From contig CAXXVD010000003.1 of the NCBI GenBank assembly GCA_963662335.2, positions 224,001 to 288,000 on the forward strand: a stretch of DNA of 64,000 bases. The letters are read 5' to 3'. The notes beneath the pieces are model-generated. The model was not told the DNA's origin and made no database searches. It worked only from the letters and a program-made list of their open reading frames with translations. The translations under genes were made by a program, and so were the position numbers. Positions within the stretch are counted from its first letter, which is position 1, and each line of letters opens with the position of its first letter. Of the stretch, positions 29,301 through 39,583 are shown piece after piece. The DNA is from Chloroflexota bacterium. GTDB lineage: Bacteria; Chloroflexota; UBA11872; VXOZ01.

Positions 29301-30050
29301 TCATGGCTTCCGGCCCACCATCAGGCGGGTGAGCAGGCCGAAACTGCCCGGCGCCACCGCAAACGTTTCGCGTATGGACGGCGGCGCGGCGGCAAAGATC
29401 TCCCGAAGCCTGGCCACCGCGTCCGGCGGCGTTTGTTGGCGGGCGACCCAATCGTCGAACTCCAGCATCTTCAGCCAGGTATGGGTCACCGTGAAACTCA
29501 GGCCGGCCTCAGTAAAGAAGCGCCGCCACTCGCCCTGGCTCCACTCGCGCACGTGGGAGGGATCGCGCAGCACCTCCACGCGGTTGATCCAGCGGTCGGC
29601 GGCGGGATCATCCGGCGAGGTGTTGTCAACGACCAGGAAGCGTCCGGCCGGCGTAAGCACGCGGGCCACTTCCCGTACCACCTGCGCCGGCTGGTGGAAG
29701 TGGTGCGCCGTGTAGCGGCAGACCACCAGGGAGAAACTCGCGTCCGGAAAAGGCAGGCGCTCGGCGTTGCCCACACTGGCGTGGAAGTGCGCGATGCCGC
29801 GCTCGCGGGCGTTGCGCCGCGCCGCCTGGAGCATTTGGGGTGTGATGTCCAGGCCGACGAGCAAGCGCGCGGCGGGCGCCAGCGCGAAGGCGGCGTGCCC
29901 CGCGCCGGTTCCCAGGTCCAGGGCGCGGGCGTGCGGTTCCGGCCCGGCCAGTTCCAGGAGCCACGCCAGATCCTCGCCCTCCGCAAAGGCCGCGCTGCGG
30001 CTGTAGGCTTCCGCCGCGCGGCCGAATTGTGCTTGAACTCGTTCGTACAT
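29301..30050 (-). CDS. class I SAM-dependent methyltransferase
   Basis: LDLGTGAGH, GLDIT, NAERLPFPDASF, EVARVLTPAG, RDPSHVR. Confidence 0.93.
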   Translation of the reverse strand: MYERVQAQFGRAAEAYSRSAAFAEGEDLAWLLELAGPEPHARALDLGTGAGHAAFALAPAARLLVGLDITPQMLQAARRNARERGIAHFHASVGNAERLPFPDASFSLVVCRYTAHHFHQPAQVVREVARVLTPAGRFLVVDNTSPDDPAADRWINRVEVLRDPSHVREWSQGEWRRFFTEAGLSFTVTHTWLKMLEFDDWVARQQTPPDAVARLREIFAAAPPSIRETFAVAPGSFGLLTRLMVGRKP

Positions 30051-30314
30051 GATATCGCTTGCCGGGATCTGCGCGGCGCCTGAGATCTCCCGGTATCGTG
30101 GGGTTATAATCTGCGCGTCCGCAAGAAGCCTGCTGCCGCGGCTGCTCACCGCATGATAGATGATGCGCGCCGCGAGCGGCAACCGGAAAATGACACTCGC
30201 TTGGCGCTATGCTAGAATCGTGGTTTGGATGAACCGAATGACGCATCCCCTTATACTAGGTCGAAGCGGTCGCAGTTGGTATCAGCAGCATCTCGCAAGA
30301 AGGAGTCACTCTTG

Positions 30315-30830
30315 ATGCGATGGCGTTTACGCGTTCCTTTGGCGCTCGTCGCGATTATGCTCTCGTTGACACTGATCAGCGCTTGTGGCGGTGAAGAGGA
30401 AGCAGCATGGAGTTGGGACGAAGAGCCGCCAACGCCGACGCCTGCTGTGGTTGAGACAGCGGCATCCGCCGGCCCCATCTGCCAGCCGATACCGGATTGC
30501 ATCGAGGTGACCGCGGACCTGAGCGCGGGCGACGCCGAGGACGGGATGGAGCTATTCGAGAAGAAGGGCTGCGTTGCCTGCCATAAGGTCGCGGAAGACG
30601 GCCCCGGCGGTGAAATCGGCCCCTTGCTCTTCGGCATTGGCGATCCCGCGACGCGCCCGCAACTGGCGGCGAGCACGGGAGACGCGGAGGGCATTCCCAA
30701 CACACCGGAGAATATCTGGCGCTGGGTGAAGTACCCGAACGACATCAAGCCGGGTACCGAAATGGCGCCGCAACCCCTTACGCCTGAAGAGGCCGCCGAC
30801 CTGGTGGCGTATCTCATGACGCTGAAGTAG
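30315..30830 (+). CDS. monohaem cytochrome c lipoprotein
   Basis: Lipobox ISAC; CVACH; GP.L; KPGTEM (axial Met). Confidence 0.92.
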   Translation: MRWRLRVPLALVAIMLSLTLISACGGEEEAAWSWDEEPPTPTPAVVETAASAGPICQPIPDCIEVTADLSAGDAEDGMELFEKKGCVACHKVAEDGPGGEIGPLLFGIGDPATRPQLAASTGDAEGIPNTPENIWRWVKYPNDIKPGTEMAPQPLTPEEAADLVAYLMTLK

Positions 30831-30870
30831 GGGGCGTGGGCAGCCCGGTGGCTCCCTCCCACGCGCCGCG

Positions 30871-31311
30871 ATGCGCCGGGAGCGAGGCGTGATGCCCGCG
30901 GGCGCGCGTCCTTGCTCGCTGCTCTTGACCGCATTATTGGCGGCGGTGCTGCTTGCCGCCTGCCTGCCGTGGGAAACACGCGCGCCTGCTGCCAAGCCGC
31001 TCCCCACCGTGCCGCCGGGTATCCTGGGCACGGGCAACGCCGCGGCGGGCCGTGAGCTTTTTTCGCGCAAGGGATGCGCCGCCTGCCACAGCATCGGCGG
31101 CGTGGGCGGCAGCGCCGGCCCGGCGCTGGACGGCATCGCCAATCGCGCGCAACGGCCCACGCTGGCGGGGAATCTTGCAAATACGCCGGAGAACCTCTGG
31201 CGCTGGATTACGAATCCCCAGGCGGTCAAACGCGGCACCCTGATGGCGTCGCAGCCGCTCAGCCCCCAAGAAGCCGCCGACTTGGTGGCATACCTGGAGA
31301 CCTTGCAATAG
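30871..31311 (+). CDS. monohaem cytochrome c lipoprotein (paralogue)
   Basis: Lipobox LAAC; CAACH; NTPENLWRWI; GTLM. The start may be 30892. Confidence 0.9.
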   Translation: MRRERGVMPAGARPCSLLLTALLAAVLLAACLPWETRAPAAKPLPTVPPGILGTGNAAAGRELFSRKGCAACHSIGGVGGSAGPALDGIANRAQRPTLAGNLANTPENLWRWITNPQAVKRGTLMASQPLSPQEAADLVAYLETLQ

Positions 31312-31492
31312 GGCCGGGCCCGCGGCGCGCATTTACGGCTCCCGCTCACCCACGCGAGCAGGAGTGGCAAAGCGCCAGCCATCCCCTTTGTAGTTCAAGG
31401 GGGGATTGAGTGCCCCTGAACGGAATTGAGTGGACTTGGGCTAAACCGGTTCGGCAGCCTAGTCCTCAAGTCGCGTCAGCATTGCATGCAAT

Positions 31493-31569
31493 TGTCATTC
31501 CGAGCGTAGCGAGGAATCTAAGAACCTCCGCGCCCTAGATTCTTCGTTGCTGCTCTCCTCAGAATGACA
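31493..31569. repeat. palindromic repeat family C pair (TGTCATTCCGAGCGNAGCGAGGAATCT ... AGATTC...GAATGACA)
   Basis: Same family as 409-547; single arms at 41392-41417 and 61905-61930. Confidence 0.8.
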
Positions 31570-31688
31570 GTTCGAGGGTCTGCCTTGGGCGATACGCGGG
31601 GTGTCTCGCCCACTTCAAGACCTGAGCCCATGTCGCTTTGTTCCGGCTCAAGCAATGATGTTGTGGGCGCGGTGGGGGCACGCGCGCC

Positions 31689-32561
31689 GTGGTCATTGCC
31701 TGCTACGCCAAACTCAACCTGACCTTGGAAGTCCTCGGCAAGCGCGCCGACGGCTACCACGAGGTGCGCTCCGTGATGCAGACGATCGGCCTGGCGGACC
31801 GGCTGGAAGTGACGGCGGCGGATGAACTCGTCTTCACGTGTGACGACCCCGCGCTGGCAACGCCGGCTAACCTGGTCTACCGCGCCGCGTGCCTGCTGCA
31901 AGCGGCGTGCGGCGCGCGCGCGGGAGCGGATCTGCGGCTGGTAAAACGGATTCCGGTAGCGGCGGGCCTGGGCGGCGGCAGCAGCGACGCGGCGGGGGCC
32001 ATCGCGGCCTTGAACCGGCTCTGGGGGTTGCGGCTTTCCCTGGCGGAACAGCAGCGGCTGGCGGCCAGGCTGGGGTCGGACGTGCCCTTCTTCCTCACCG
32101 GCGGCACGGCGCTCGCCACCGGCCGGGGCGAACGCATTACGCCCCTGCCGCCGCTGCCCCAACACTGGGCCGTCCTCGTCTTCCCGCCCGGCAGTCTCAG
32201 CACGGCGGCGGTCTACAACGCCGTCATCCCCTCAGATTTCACTTCCGGCGTCGCCACCGCCGACACCGTCGCGGCCGCCCAACGCGGCGCGCTCTTGCCC
32301 CAATCCCGCTGGCGCAACGCCCTGGCACGACCCGCCCGCGCGCTGGCGGCTCGCATTGCCGCCGCGCAAGACGCCTTGCGCCAAGCCGGCGCAGAGCACG
32401 CCCACCTCTCCGGCAGCGGCCCGACAGTCTTTGCCGTGTGCCAGGAGGCGGCCGCCGCGCGCGCACTTAGCGCCCGCCTCCGCGGACGAGGCTACGCTAC
32501 GGAAATCGCCTCGTTCGCGCGGGCCGGTTGGACGCGCGGGAACGTGCGCCAGGAAACGTGA
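31689..32561 (+). CDS. ispE: 4-diphosphocytidyl-2-C-methyl-D-erythritol kinase
   Basis: AKLNLTL, DGYHE, KRIPVAAGLGGGSSDAA, LGSDVPFF, GRGE, SGSGPTVF. Confidence 0.97.
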   Translation: MVIACYAKLNLTLEVLGKRADGYHEVRSVMQTIGLADRLEVTAADELVFTCDDPALATPANLVYRAACLLQAACGARAGADLRLVKRIPVAAGLGGGSSDAAGAIAALNRLWGLRLSLAEQQRLAARLGSDVPFFLTGGTALATGRGERITPLPPLPQHWAVLVFPPGSLSTAAVYNAVIPSDFTSGVATADTVAAAQRGALLPQSRWRNALARPARALAARIAAAQDALRQAGAEHAHLSGSGPTVFAVCQEAAAARALSARLRGRGYATEIASFARAGWTRGNVRQET

Positions 32562-32563
32562 AC

Positions 32564-33220
32564 ATGGAAACCGTTCGCCCCTTACGGGTCGCAGCCGCCG
32601 CGTTCTTGGCTGGCCTTTGCTTCCTCTTGGCCGCGGGTCAAGCGCATGCTTGCGCCTGCGGCGATCTGCCCTCTCCAACCGAGGCGTTGGCGCAGAGCGC
32701 CAAAGTGTTCTCCGGGAAGGTCGTGCACGTCAGCGACGGCGGCGGCACGGAGCGGGCGCCCGCTTTGTTGAGCGGGTACGTCTTGGTGGAATTCGAGGTC
32801 TATGCCGTTTGGAAAGGCCCGGCCTTTGCCACCATGTTCATCGAAACGGCCTGGTGGAGCGGCAGTTGCGGCGTGGAGTTCTACGTGGGACAGGAGTGGT
32901 TGGTCTACTCTTTCGACGGCGAAACCGCGCATCCCTGCGGCCGCACGCGGCACTTGGAGTTGGCGCAAGCGGACCTTGACGCGCTTGGGGAAGGCCAGGC
33001 GCCCGCCTTGGGCACGGTCGAGCCTCAGCGACAACCCGGCCCTCGAGTCGAGCGGTCGCGCGCGCAGGCCGCCGCAACCGACGCGCCTATGGACGTGGCT
33101 GCGGCACGCCCTGTGCGGGTCGCGATTCCGTCATGGCTGGGCCTTGTGTTCCTCATAGTTGTGGCGGTAGCGGTGCTGGGCTGGGTGCTGCGCGGGACTA
33201 CCGAGAATAGCAAGGGCTGA
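32564..33220 (+). CDS. TIMP/NTR-like exported protein with a C-terminal membrane anchor
   Basis: Signal ...AHA followed by CAC; VFSGKV, SCGVEF, PCGRT; C-terminal hydrophobic helix. Confidence 0.8.
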   Translation: METVRPLRVAAAAFLAGLCFLLAAGQAHACACGDLPSPTEALAQSAKVFSGKVVHVSDGGGTERAPALLSGYVLVEFEVYAVWKGPAFATMFIETAWWSGSCGVEFYVGQEWLVYSFDGETAHPCGRTRHLELAQADLDALGEGQAPALGTVEPQRQPGPRVERSRAQAAATDAPMDVAAARPVRVAIPSWLGLVFLIVVAVAVLGWVLRGTTENSKG

Positions 33221-33401
33221 TTTCGCGCGAAAAAGACCCTTGCTTGCGTAGAAGAAGGGCTAGAGGATTGCGCGTGTTGAGACCTAGCTTGGCATGCTAC
33301 TTGGTAGCCAATTGCAGGTTGGACATGGCCGCAGTTCCAAAGGGTGTCTCGCTGTGAAATGCAAATAGGGACTAGCGCGACCTGATGGAGGAAGTGTTGC
33401 T

Positions 33402-35789
33402 TTACTCTATGCCAAGAACAGGATAGAAGGCTGGATTGACTTTGTAGTTTTCGCTTCTGTCGTCCCTAGAAGCAATCACTCTTGCGAGATTCCTAAGTCT
33501 ATGCCGATCTTCTTCATGCTGTGCAAACCGGAATCCATCAACAGTTTCCACGCCGAGAAAACTGATATCGCATAGGAGGTCTAAGTAGTGCTCTACATCC
33601 TCAGACTTGACACCAGCCGATTCAATGCGAAGCTCGATCTCATGTTTGGTGCATATACTCGAAGGGCCAGCGAATTCGTAAAGCACTTCTTCAAGCTTCC
33701 CCTTGCTTGGATCATCTTCATTTACAATCGAATCAAATGCATTATAGGAGTATTGAGTGCGGGCCGACAAGAGATCGTCGGCCAAGACCGTGTCGTGACC
33801 ACGATTGACTGACACATTTACGGCGCGCTTTAGCAGATTAATGACATCCCGAGGTCGTGGGAGGACACTCTGTAGTATGTACTCTGTGCAACTTAAGCCG
33901 TCCACACTATCTGGGAAGAGCGCAGTCCAGATGTCCCTCGCCTTCACGTGGTGAGGCGCGCCATAAAGCAATCTTTCTTCCAATACCCTAATCAATTGAT
34001 GGCGGTCACTCCAAAATACTCTCTCAATAGGGAGCTTGTCTTGTTCAGGTAGCCTGTGCTTCAAGAATGCAAATATGTCACTCCGCAACAGTACTATTAC
34101 TTTCGCATTTACTGCCTTCAAACTGCTACTAGACTTCCCAAGTTCCTTCGGCAGAAGCTGGACTACTTCCAATAGCCCTCCGATCAACTCCGCTAAGGGA
34201 GCAATATGCTCCCCGGGTACCCAGGGTCCATCGAGCCCATCTATGAGAACCGTCAAATCCCGCTTTTCCGATAGGACAGTGCCGAGATAGTAACGAAGAC
34301 GTCCGATCACGTGGTTATGCAATTCTTCACTGATTCTTCGCCTTTGCGCGCCCGCATCAGTAAACTCTCCAATCCCTTCAAGCGATGACAGCGCTTGCCC
34401 TAGACGCTCCGAAAAAGGAGGACTTAAGATAGTCGACTGACTTTCGTAGTACTCTAGGAAAGCCTTCTCGTCCTTGCTTCTGTCAAGGTGCGCAGGCCGA
34501 TCTTCAATTTCGTGCTTCAAGCTTGAAGCGATTTCACTATATATCAAGAATTTCCAGAGGCTCTCAATTAGGAATCCTCTCTCAGATCGCTCACGGATAT
34601 CATTTAGGACGCGAATTAGACCATGGGTTTCGTAACCTACTGGTTTCAAGACAGTTATGTGATTTTCTGCGATCTTGCTCAATTGGTTCACAATTGCAAA
34701 GAGAATCGCTGTCTTGCCAGTACCCCTTCGACCCAAGAGTATTGTAGCTGGACTGTCAATCGCTCGATGATAGCTTGCAGTCTCAACGAAATACTCGTGT
34801 AGCTCATCAGATTCAAGTTCAGCTACAACGTCGCCAAGAAATAGGCTGCGGATGTCCAGTTTTTCTGAGATTCGCAGAGGGCCTTCTTCCCTGCGAGGTC
34901 TACGATGGGGTAGTCTATCGCTTTCTTGAATGAGCCACGAATTGACTTCCGAGACACAGTTATTGGCCGTATCGTGGATTTTCAACCAATCTCCGTAGTC
35001 AGCTGGTGCTTGATAAGGGGCATGAGCCAACATGATCATCGGCTTGCGAAAGCCAATTGCCAATCCAGCAATTAGAGATGCCTTTAGATTGTGGTGCTGA
35101 TTGTTGACATGTTCGCTGCTCAATAGATGTATGACAATGGCATCAGCGGTTAAGAATCTATCTGCATACCATTCCAAATTGTGAGTCGAGAACTCTGAAG
35201 GGTCGTCAACTATCAGTGAGCCACCAAACTCGGATGCTTCTAACGCTTGGTGAGTATAGAGTACGCTGTCGGAATGCAAAGGAGGCTTTACATAAACTAG
35301 CGTTGGAAGTTCGAGGCGAGTTTGCTGATTTCTGAAGCGATTGTGCAGATAGGTACTGTCAAGGCTGGTCCACGGACTTGCCTCGCGGATAGCCGTGCCC
35401 AGGCATTCGTGATTGTGGTATTCAAGATAGCCCATGTTTAGTAGGTTCTTGTAGATGCGACTGTAGCGGACCTGCGCATTCATAATCCCTGGATTGATAC
35501 AAGCCATAACTCTCTTGAACTTGGCGATGGCGTACCCAAGTTCAAAACTTACATTTAGATTTGGGTAGGTGAGGTCACAAGCAAATACGTCGTGCCTGTC
35601 AATTTGTCTCAGAATAGTTGTATCAAGACGCTTGCCTGATACAGAAGTCTGTGACCAGGGCTTTATCCGAACGTTGTTATCCTTGAGGACTCCCTGTTCA
35701 TCGAGTCTCCCTATGCTGGCCTTGATGGTCTCCCCTACGTTTGAGGGACTATCTGGATATGCAAAAAATACCCTCACTCTTTTAGGCAT
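33402..35789 (-). CDS. P-loop ATPase (Sll1717/FunZ-like) with N-terminal nucleoside deoxyribosyltransferase/TIR-like domains
   Basis: VFFAY, DLTYPNLNVSFELGYAIA; GRRGTGKT (Walker A), VLIDGLD (Walker B), LRSDIF, PRPRD; markedly lower GC. Confidence 0.85.
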   Translation of the reverse strand: MPKRVRVFFAYPDSPSNVGETIKASIGRLDEQGVLKDNNVRIKPWSQTSVSGKRLDTTILRQIDRHDVFACDLTYPNLNVSFELGYAIAKFKRVMACINPGIMNAQVRYSRIYKNLLNMGYLEYHNHECLGTAIREASPWTSLDSTYLHNRFRNQQTRLELPTLVYVKPPLHSDSVLYTHQALEASEFGGSLIVDDPSEFSTHNLEWYADRFLTADAIVIHLLSSEHVNNQHHNLKASLIAGLAIGFRKPMIMLAHAPYQAPADYGDWLKIHDTANNCVSEVNSWLIQESDRLPHRRPRREEGPLRISEKLDIRSLFLGDVVAELESDELHEYFVETASYHRAIDSPATILLGRRGTGKTAILFAIVNQLSKIAENHITVLKPVGYETHGLIRVLNDIRERSERGFLIESLWKFLIYSEIASSLKHEIEDRPAHLDRSKDEKAFLEYYESQSTILSPPFSERLGQALSSLEGIGEFTDAGAQRRRISEELHNHVIGRLRYYLGTVLSEKRDLTVLIDGLDGPWVPGEHIAPLAELIGGLLEVVQLLPKELGKSSSSLKAVNAKVIVLLRSDIFAFLKHRLPEQDKLPIERVFWSDRHQLIRVLEERLLYGAPHHVKARDIWTALFPDSVDGLSCTEYILQSVLPRPRDVINLLKRAVNVSVNRGHDTVLADDLLSARTQYSYNAFDSIVNEDDPSKGKLEEVLYEFAGPSSICTKHEIELRIESAGVKSEDVEHYLDLLCDISFLGVETVDGFRFAQHEEDRHRLRNLARVIASRDDRSENYKVNPAFYPVLGIE

Positions 35790-36158
35790 TTTACCTGCTC
35801 CCTAGATTGGCAATCATCCCTACTAGAATCCAAAGTGCGCCATAACCAGCTAAGGATGCTACTTGAGGTCGAAGCACCAGAAGGTTGATTTCAGGCAATG
35901 GATCCTTTTCTAATCACCATACTACATGACGGCTATCGTCAACGCATTGAACCATGGTGCCAACTGATAGACAGTAATTCTGCACAATCTAGTTTAGCAG
36001 ACCAGATTGAGCATTTCCGTTGGGCGGAACTCTAAGTGATTGGATGGTCAGCGCGGGAATGTTTTGGGAAGAGCAATACACTCAGAGGTCAATTGGGCTA
36101 AACCACTAAGCCTCTGAGTGCAGTTTGCCAGTAGAGATCAGCAAAGTCGACTTGAAAA

Positions 36159-37091
36159 CTACGCCTTGAACGGCTTCCCTGTGCGGCGCAGTTCTTTCGT
36201 CACCGCGATTTGGCAGGTAACGTAGGCGCTTTCGGTGGGGCGGCCGCGGTGGTTCATGTTGCCGGCGGAGTAGCCGGGGCGGGCGTCGCCGATGGTGCCG
36301 ACGATCAGGTTGGCGTGTTCGGTGGTGGTATCGTAGCGGTCGGCGATGAGGCCCACCATATCGGCCCAGGCCGCGCGCACGGCGTCGGTCCAGGTGCGGC
36401 CCTGGCCGGCAGTAAGATATTCCTCGGCGCTCTCCACGACGTTGGTCGTTTCCACTACCGGGCTGGAGGTTGAGAAGCCCGGCGAGCGGTCCACGCGGAT
36501 GGTCACGGTGGTGTCGATCTCCACGCCGGTGCCGGTGAGTTCGCCGTCGGACATGCGCGCGTGGGCGTCGGCCAGCGTCAGCAGGCCGCCGGCTTTCTGG
36601 GCGCGCACGTGCACCGTGCTGCCGGGACGCACCGAATTGAAGTCCATGTTGCCGCCGTGGTCGATCTCATACGGGTCAACGGATTCCAGCATCACCACGC
36701 CGACCATGGGGCGCGCCGGCACGACGAAGTCCGGCGGAAAGTGCACCAGGCCGTCGCGCACCGGCGCGATGAGGCGCACGCTGCCCCAGATGGGCCCGCC
36801 GTTGCGGTAGAAGCCGTACGGCCCGCACTCCATCTCCAGTATTTCGATTGCCACCCAGTCGCCGGGCGCGATGCCCTCGATGGCGAACGGGCCGCCGGGG
36901 CGCGAGTAGCGCGGCGTGCCGACTTCCATGACCGCGCCGGGCTTCAGTTCGCCCTCGATCTTCAGGTCTTGGTCGTGGCCGCCGACGGTCTCGATGACGG
37001 CCGTTTCGCCGAGCCGCAACGTGCCTCTGACTTCTCCGCGCTCCGGGTCGTCGGGGCCGGTGTAGTAAGGGGTACGGGTGAAGCGCCGCAT
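36159..37091 (-). CDS. acetamidase/formamidase family protein
   Basis: GPFAIEG..PGD, PMVGV, HGGNMD, DAHARMSDGELTGTGVE. Confidence 0.9.
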   Translation of the reverse strand: MRRFTRTPYYTGPDDPERGEVRGTLRLGETAVIETVGGHDQDLKIEGELKPGAVMEVGTPRYSRPGGPFAIEGIAPGDWVAIEILEMECGPYGFYRNGGPIWGSVRLIAPVRDGLVHFPPDFVVPARPMVGVVMLESVDPYEIDHGGNMDFNSVRPGSTVHVRAQKAGGLLTLADAHARMSDGELTGTGVEIDTTVTIRVDRSPGFSTSSPVVETTNVVESAEEYLTAGQGRTWTDAVRAAWADMVGLIADRYDTTTEHANLIVGTIGDARPGYSAGNMNHRGRPTESAYVTCQIAVTKELRRTGKPFKA

Positions 37092-37353
37092 GAGTGTCCT
37101 CCCGCATTTGTGGCGACCGGTCATTTGCCGGGGATATGTCCGCGAGGGCGGCCGGCCGGCGCGCGCCTGCTTTTGTCATATAGTATGCCGCCGCGCGGCC
37201 TGAGGCGAGTCCGCTTGCGGGACGATGCGTGTCCACAACCTCGCGTCGGCAGGGGACAAGCCCCCGCGCTACGTGGGGGAGGTCTGTGTGTCGGCGGGGG
37301 ACAAGCCCCCGCCCTACAGGGTGCGAGACTTCGCGCAGAAGCCTCTGCTTGGC

Positions 37354-37383
37354 TTGACTGTAGCAAGATTCCTGCCCTATACT
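37354..37383 (+). promoter_or_regulatory. putative sigma70 promoter of tRNA-Val (TTGACT-N18-TATACT)
   Basis: Near-consensus hexamers 80 nt upstream of the tRNA. Confidence 0.6.
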
Positions 37384-37462
37384 AACCACGTTCTTGCCGC
37401 TTTGCGCCAGTGGCGCGGGACGGCCAGGGGCGCCGGCCGCGGCCGGCGCCTCATTGTGGCGC

Positions 37463-37539
<77 letters not shown>

Positions 37540-37581
37540 GCCCGGTATCGCGTAGCGCGGGCATTTCTCAAAAGGGAGCGC

Positions 37582-39324
37582 ATGGCTGCGGCAGTTAGCA
37601 ACGATAACGTCCGCTACGAACCGGACGAGAATCCGCCCCGGCTTGTGACCATTGGCGCGGGGACGCAGGCCGCCGCGATGACCGTCTCGTCGATCGTGCT
37701 GGGCGTCGTGATCGTCGCGCGAATTGCGGAGCAGCCGGAGAGTTACGTAACCTGGGCGGTCTTTGCGGCCCTGCTCGTCAGCGGCAGCGCGACCATACTC
37801 CAGGCGGTGCGCGTGGGCCGCGTCGGCGCCGGGCACGTGCTGATGATGGGCACGTCGGGCGCTTTCCTTGCCGTCTGCGTGGCGGCGCTGCAAATGGGCG
37901 GCCCGGCCACCTTGGCCAGTCTGGTGGTGGTGTCGTCGCTCTTCCAGTTTCTCCTGGCGTCGCGCCTCTCGCTGCTGCGGCGCATCTTTACGCCGGTGGC
38001 CACCGGCACCGTGATCATGTTGATCGCGGCCACGGTCATGCCGCTGTTGTTTGGCACGCTGACCCGGGTGCCGGCCGGCGTGCCCCAGTACGCCGCCCCG
38101 CTGGCGGCGGTGGCCACCGCGGCCACCGTGGCGGGGCTGGTGTTGCGCGGATCCCCCAGGTGGCGGCTGTGGTCGCCGCTCATTGGCATGGCCGTGGGCT
38201 GCGCGGTCTCGGCGCCGCTTGGCCTCTTCGACCTGCAGCCGGTGCGGGATGCGGCGTGGATAGCCATTCCGCTGACCTCGTGGCCGGGGTTCGACCTGCG
38301 CCCCGGCGTGGAGTTTTGGGGGCTGCTGCCGGCCTTCCTGGTGGTGACGCTGGTCGGCGCGGTCGAGACCATCGGCGACGGCGTGGCCATCCAGCAAGTC
38401 TCCCGGCGCAACCCGCAGGCCATTGACTTTCGCGCCGTGCAGGGCGCGCTGAACGCCGACGGCGTGGGCAATCTGCTCTCCGGCCTGCTGGGCACCGTGC
38501 CCAACACCACCTATTCGTCCAGCATCTCGCTGGTGGAGATAACGGGCGTGGCCGCGCGGCGGGTGGGAGTGGTGGCCGGCGCCGTCTTCATCGCCATGGC
38601 GTTCTTCCCCAAGGTCTTTGCCTTGTTGATCGCCATCCCCGGCCCCGTGGCCGCCGCCTACGTCGCTATCCTCATCGCGCTGCTCTTCGTGCAGGGGTTG
38701 CGTATCGTCACCCAGGACGGCATCGATCACCGCAAGGCCGCCATCATCGGCCTGTCGTTCTGGATTGGCGCGGGTTTTCAAGGCCAGTGGATCTTCCCCG
38801 ATTTGCTGGGAGGCGGCTTTGTCACCGTGCTGCTGACCAACGGCATGACGGCCGGCGCCATCGTGGCGATCGGGATGATGTTGTTCCTGGAGGCCACGCG
38901 CCCCCGCAGCCGGCGCTTGCGCGTGGCCCTGGATTCTAACGCCCTGCCCAAGCTGGAGCAGTTCCTGCTGGCCTTCGCCGCCAAGCACAAGTGGAGCGAC
39001 GCCGCCGGGCAGCGGCTGACCGCCGCCGGTGAGGAGACCCTGGCCATCTTGATGTACGCGGACGAGGATGGCGCTGACGCCGGCGCGGCACGGCGCTTGA
39101 CCGTCAATGCCCGCATGGAGGGAAAGGCCGCGGAATTGGAGTTCATCACCGCGCTGGAGGGCGACAACGTTGAGGACCACCTGGCCTACCTGAAAGACCT
39201 GCCGCCGGCGCCGGGGGAATGGGAAGTATCGTTCCGCCTGCTCCTGCACTACGCCGCGTCGGTCAGCCACCAGAAGTACCACGGCCTGGATATCCTTACG
39301 GTGACCGTGGCCGGCTCGCCGTAA
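37582..39324 (+). CDS. NCS2 (xanthine/uracil permease family) protein with a C-terminal GHKL-like extension, copy 1
   Basis: SGSATILQ, MGTSGAF, FTPVATGTVIMLI, VETIGD, ADGVGN, NTTYSS, IPGPV; extra domain of about 135 aa. Confidence 0.92.
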   Translation: MAAAVSNDNVRYEPDENPPRLVTIGAGTQAAAMTVSSIVLGVVIVARIAEQPESYVTWAVFAALLVSGSATILQAVRVGRVGAGHVLMMGTSGAFLAVCVAALQMGGPATLASLVVVSSLFQFLLASRLSLLRRIFTPVATGTVIMLIAATVMPLLFGTLTRVPAGVPQYAAPLAAVATAATVAGLVLRGSPRWRLWSPLIGMAVGCAVSAPLGLFDLQPVRDAAWIAIPLTSWPGFDLRPGVEFWGLLPAFLVVTLVGAVETIGDGVAIQQVSRRNPQAIDFRAVQGALNADGVGNLLSGLLGTVPNTTYSSSISLVEITGVAARRVGVVAGAVFIAMAFFPKVFALLIAIPGPVAAAYVAILIALLFVQGLRIVTQDGIDHRKAAIIGLSFWIGAGFQGQWIFPDLLGGGFVTVLLTNGMTAGAIVAIGMMLFLEATRPRSRRLRVALDSNALPKLEQFLLAFAAKHKWSDAAGQRLTAAGEETLAILMYADEDGADAGAARRLTVNARMEGKAAELEFITALEGDNVEDHLAYLKDLPPAPGEWEVSFRLLLHYAASVSHQKYHGLDILTVTVAGSP

Positions 39325-39583
39325 GGCTGTGCGCGATTGTTCCGCATGGCGCGACGGGACGGCCTTGCGGGAAACACGCGCGCCCCCGCGCGGGAACGGT
39401 CGCTCGCCGGAATCTAGGATTGCTTTACAGTGATAACGGCCTTCATGTCAATCGTTATAACCCCGCCCCCCATCCCAACCTGCCCTTAATAAGGAAGGGG
39501 GCTCCCTCAAGGGGAAGGGGTTTAGGCAATGGTCTTCACCGGCGGGGTAATTTGGAAAGCAGAGAGAGCGTGAGGCGTAGAGA

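Noticed and set aside
31432-31465. c-di-GMP-I riboswitch-like hairpin (GGGCTAAACC...GGCAGCC)
   Set aside because: Only one stem resembles the motif. The GGCAAA/GNRA first stem is missing.
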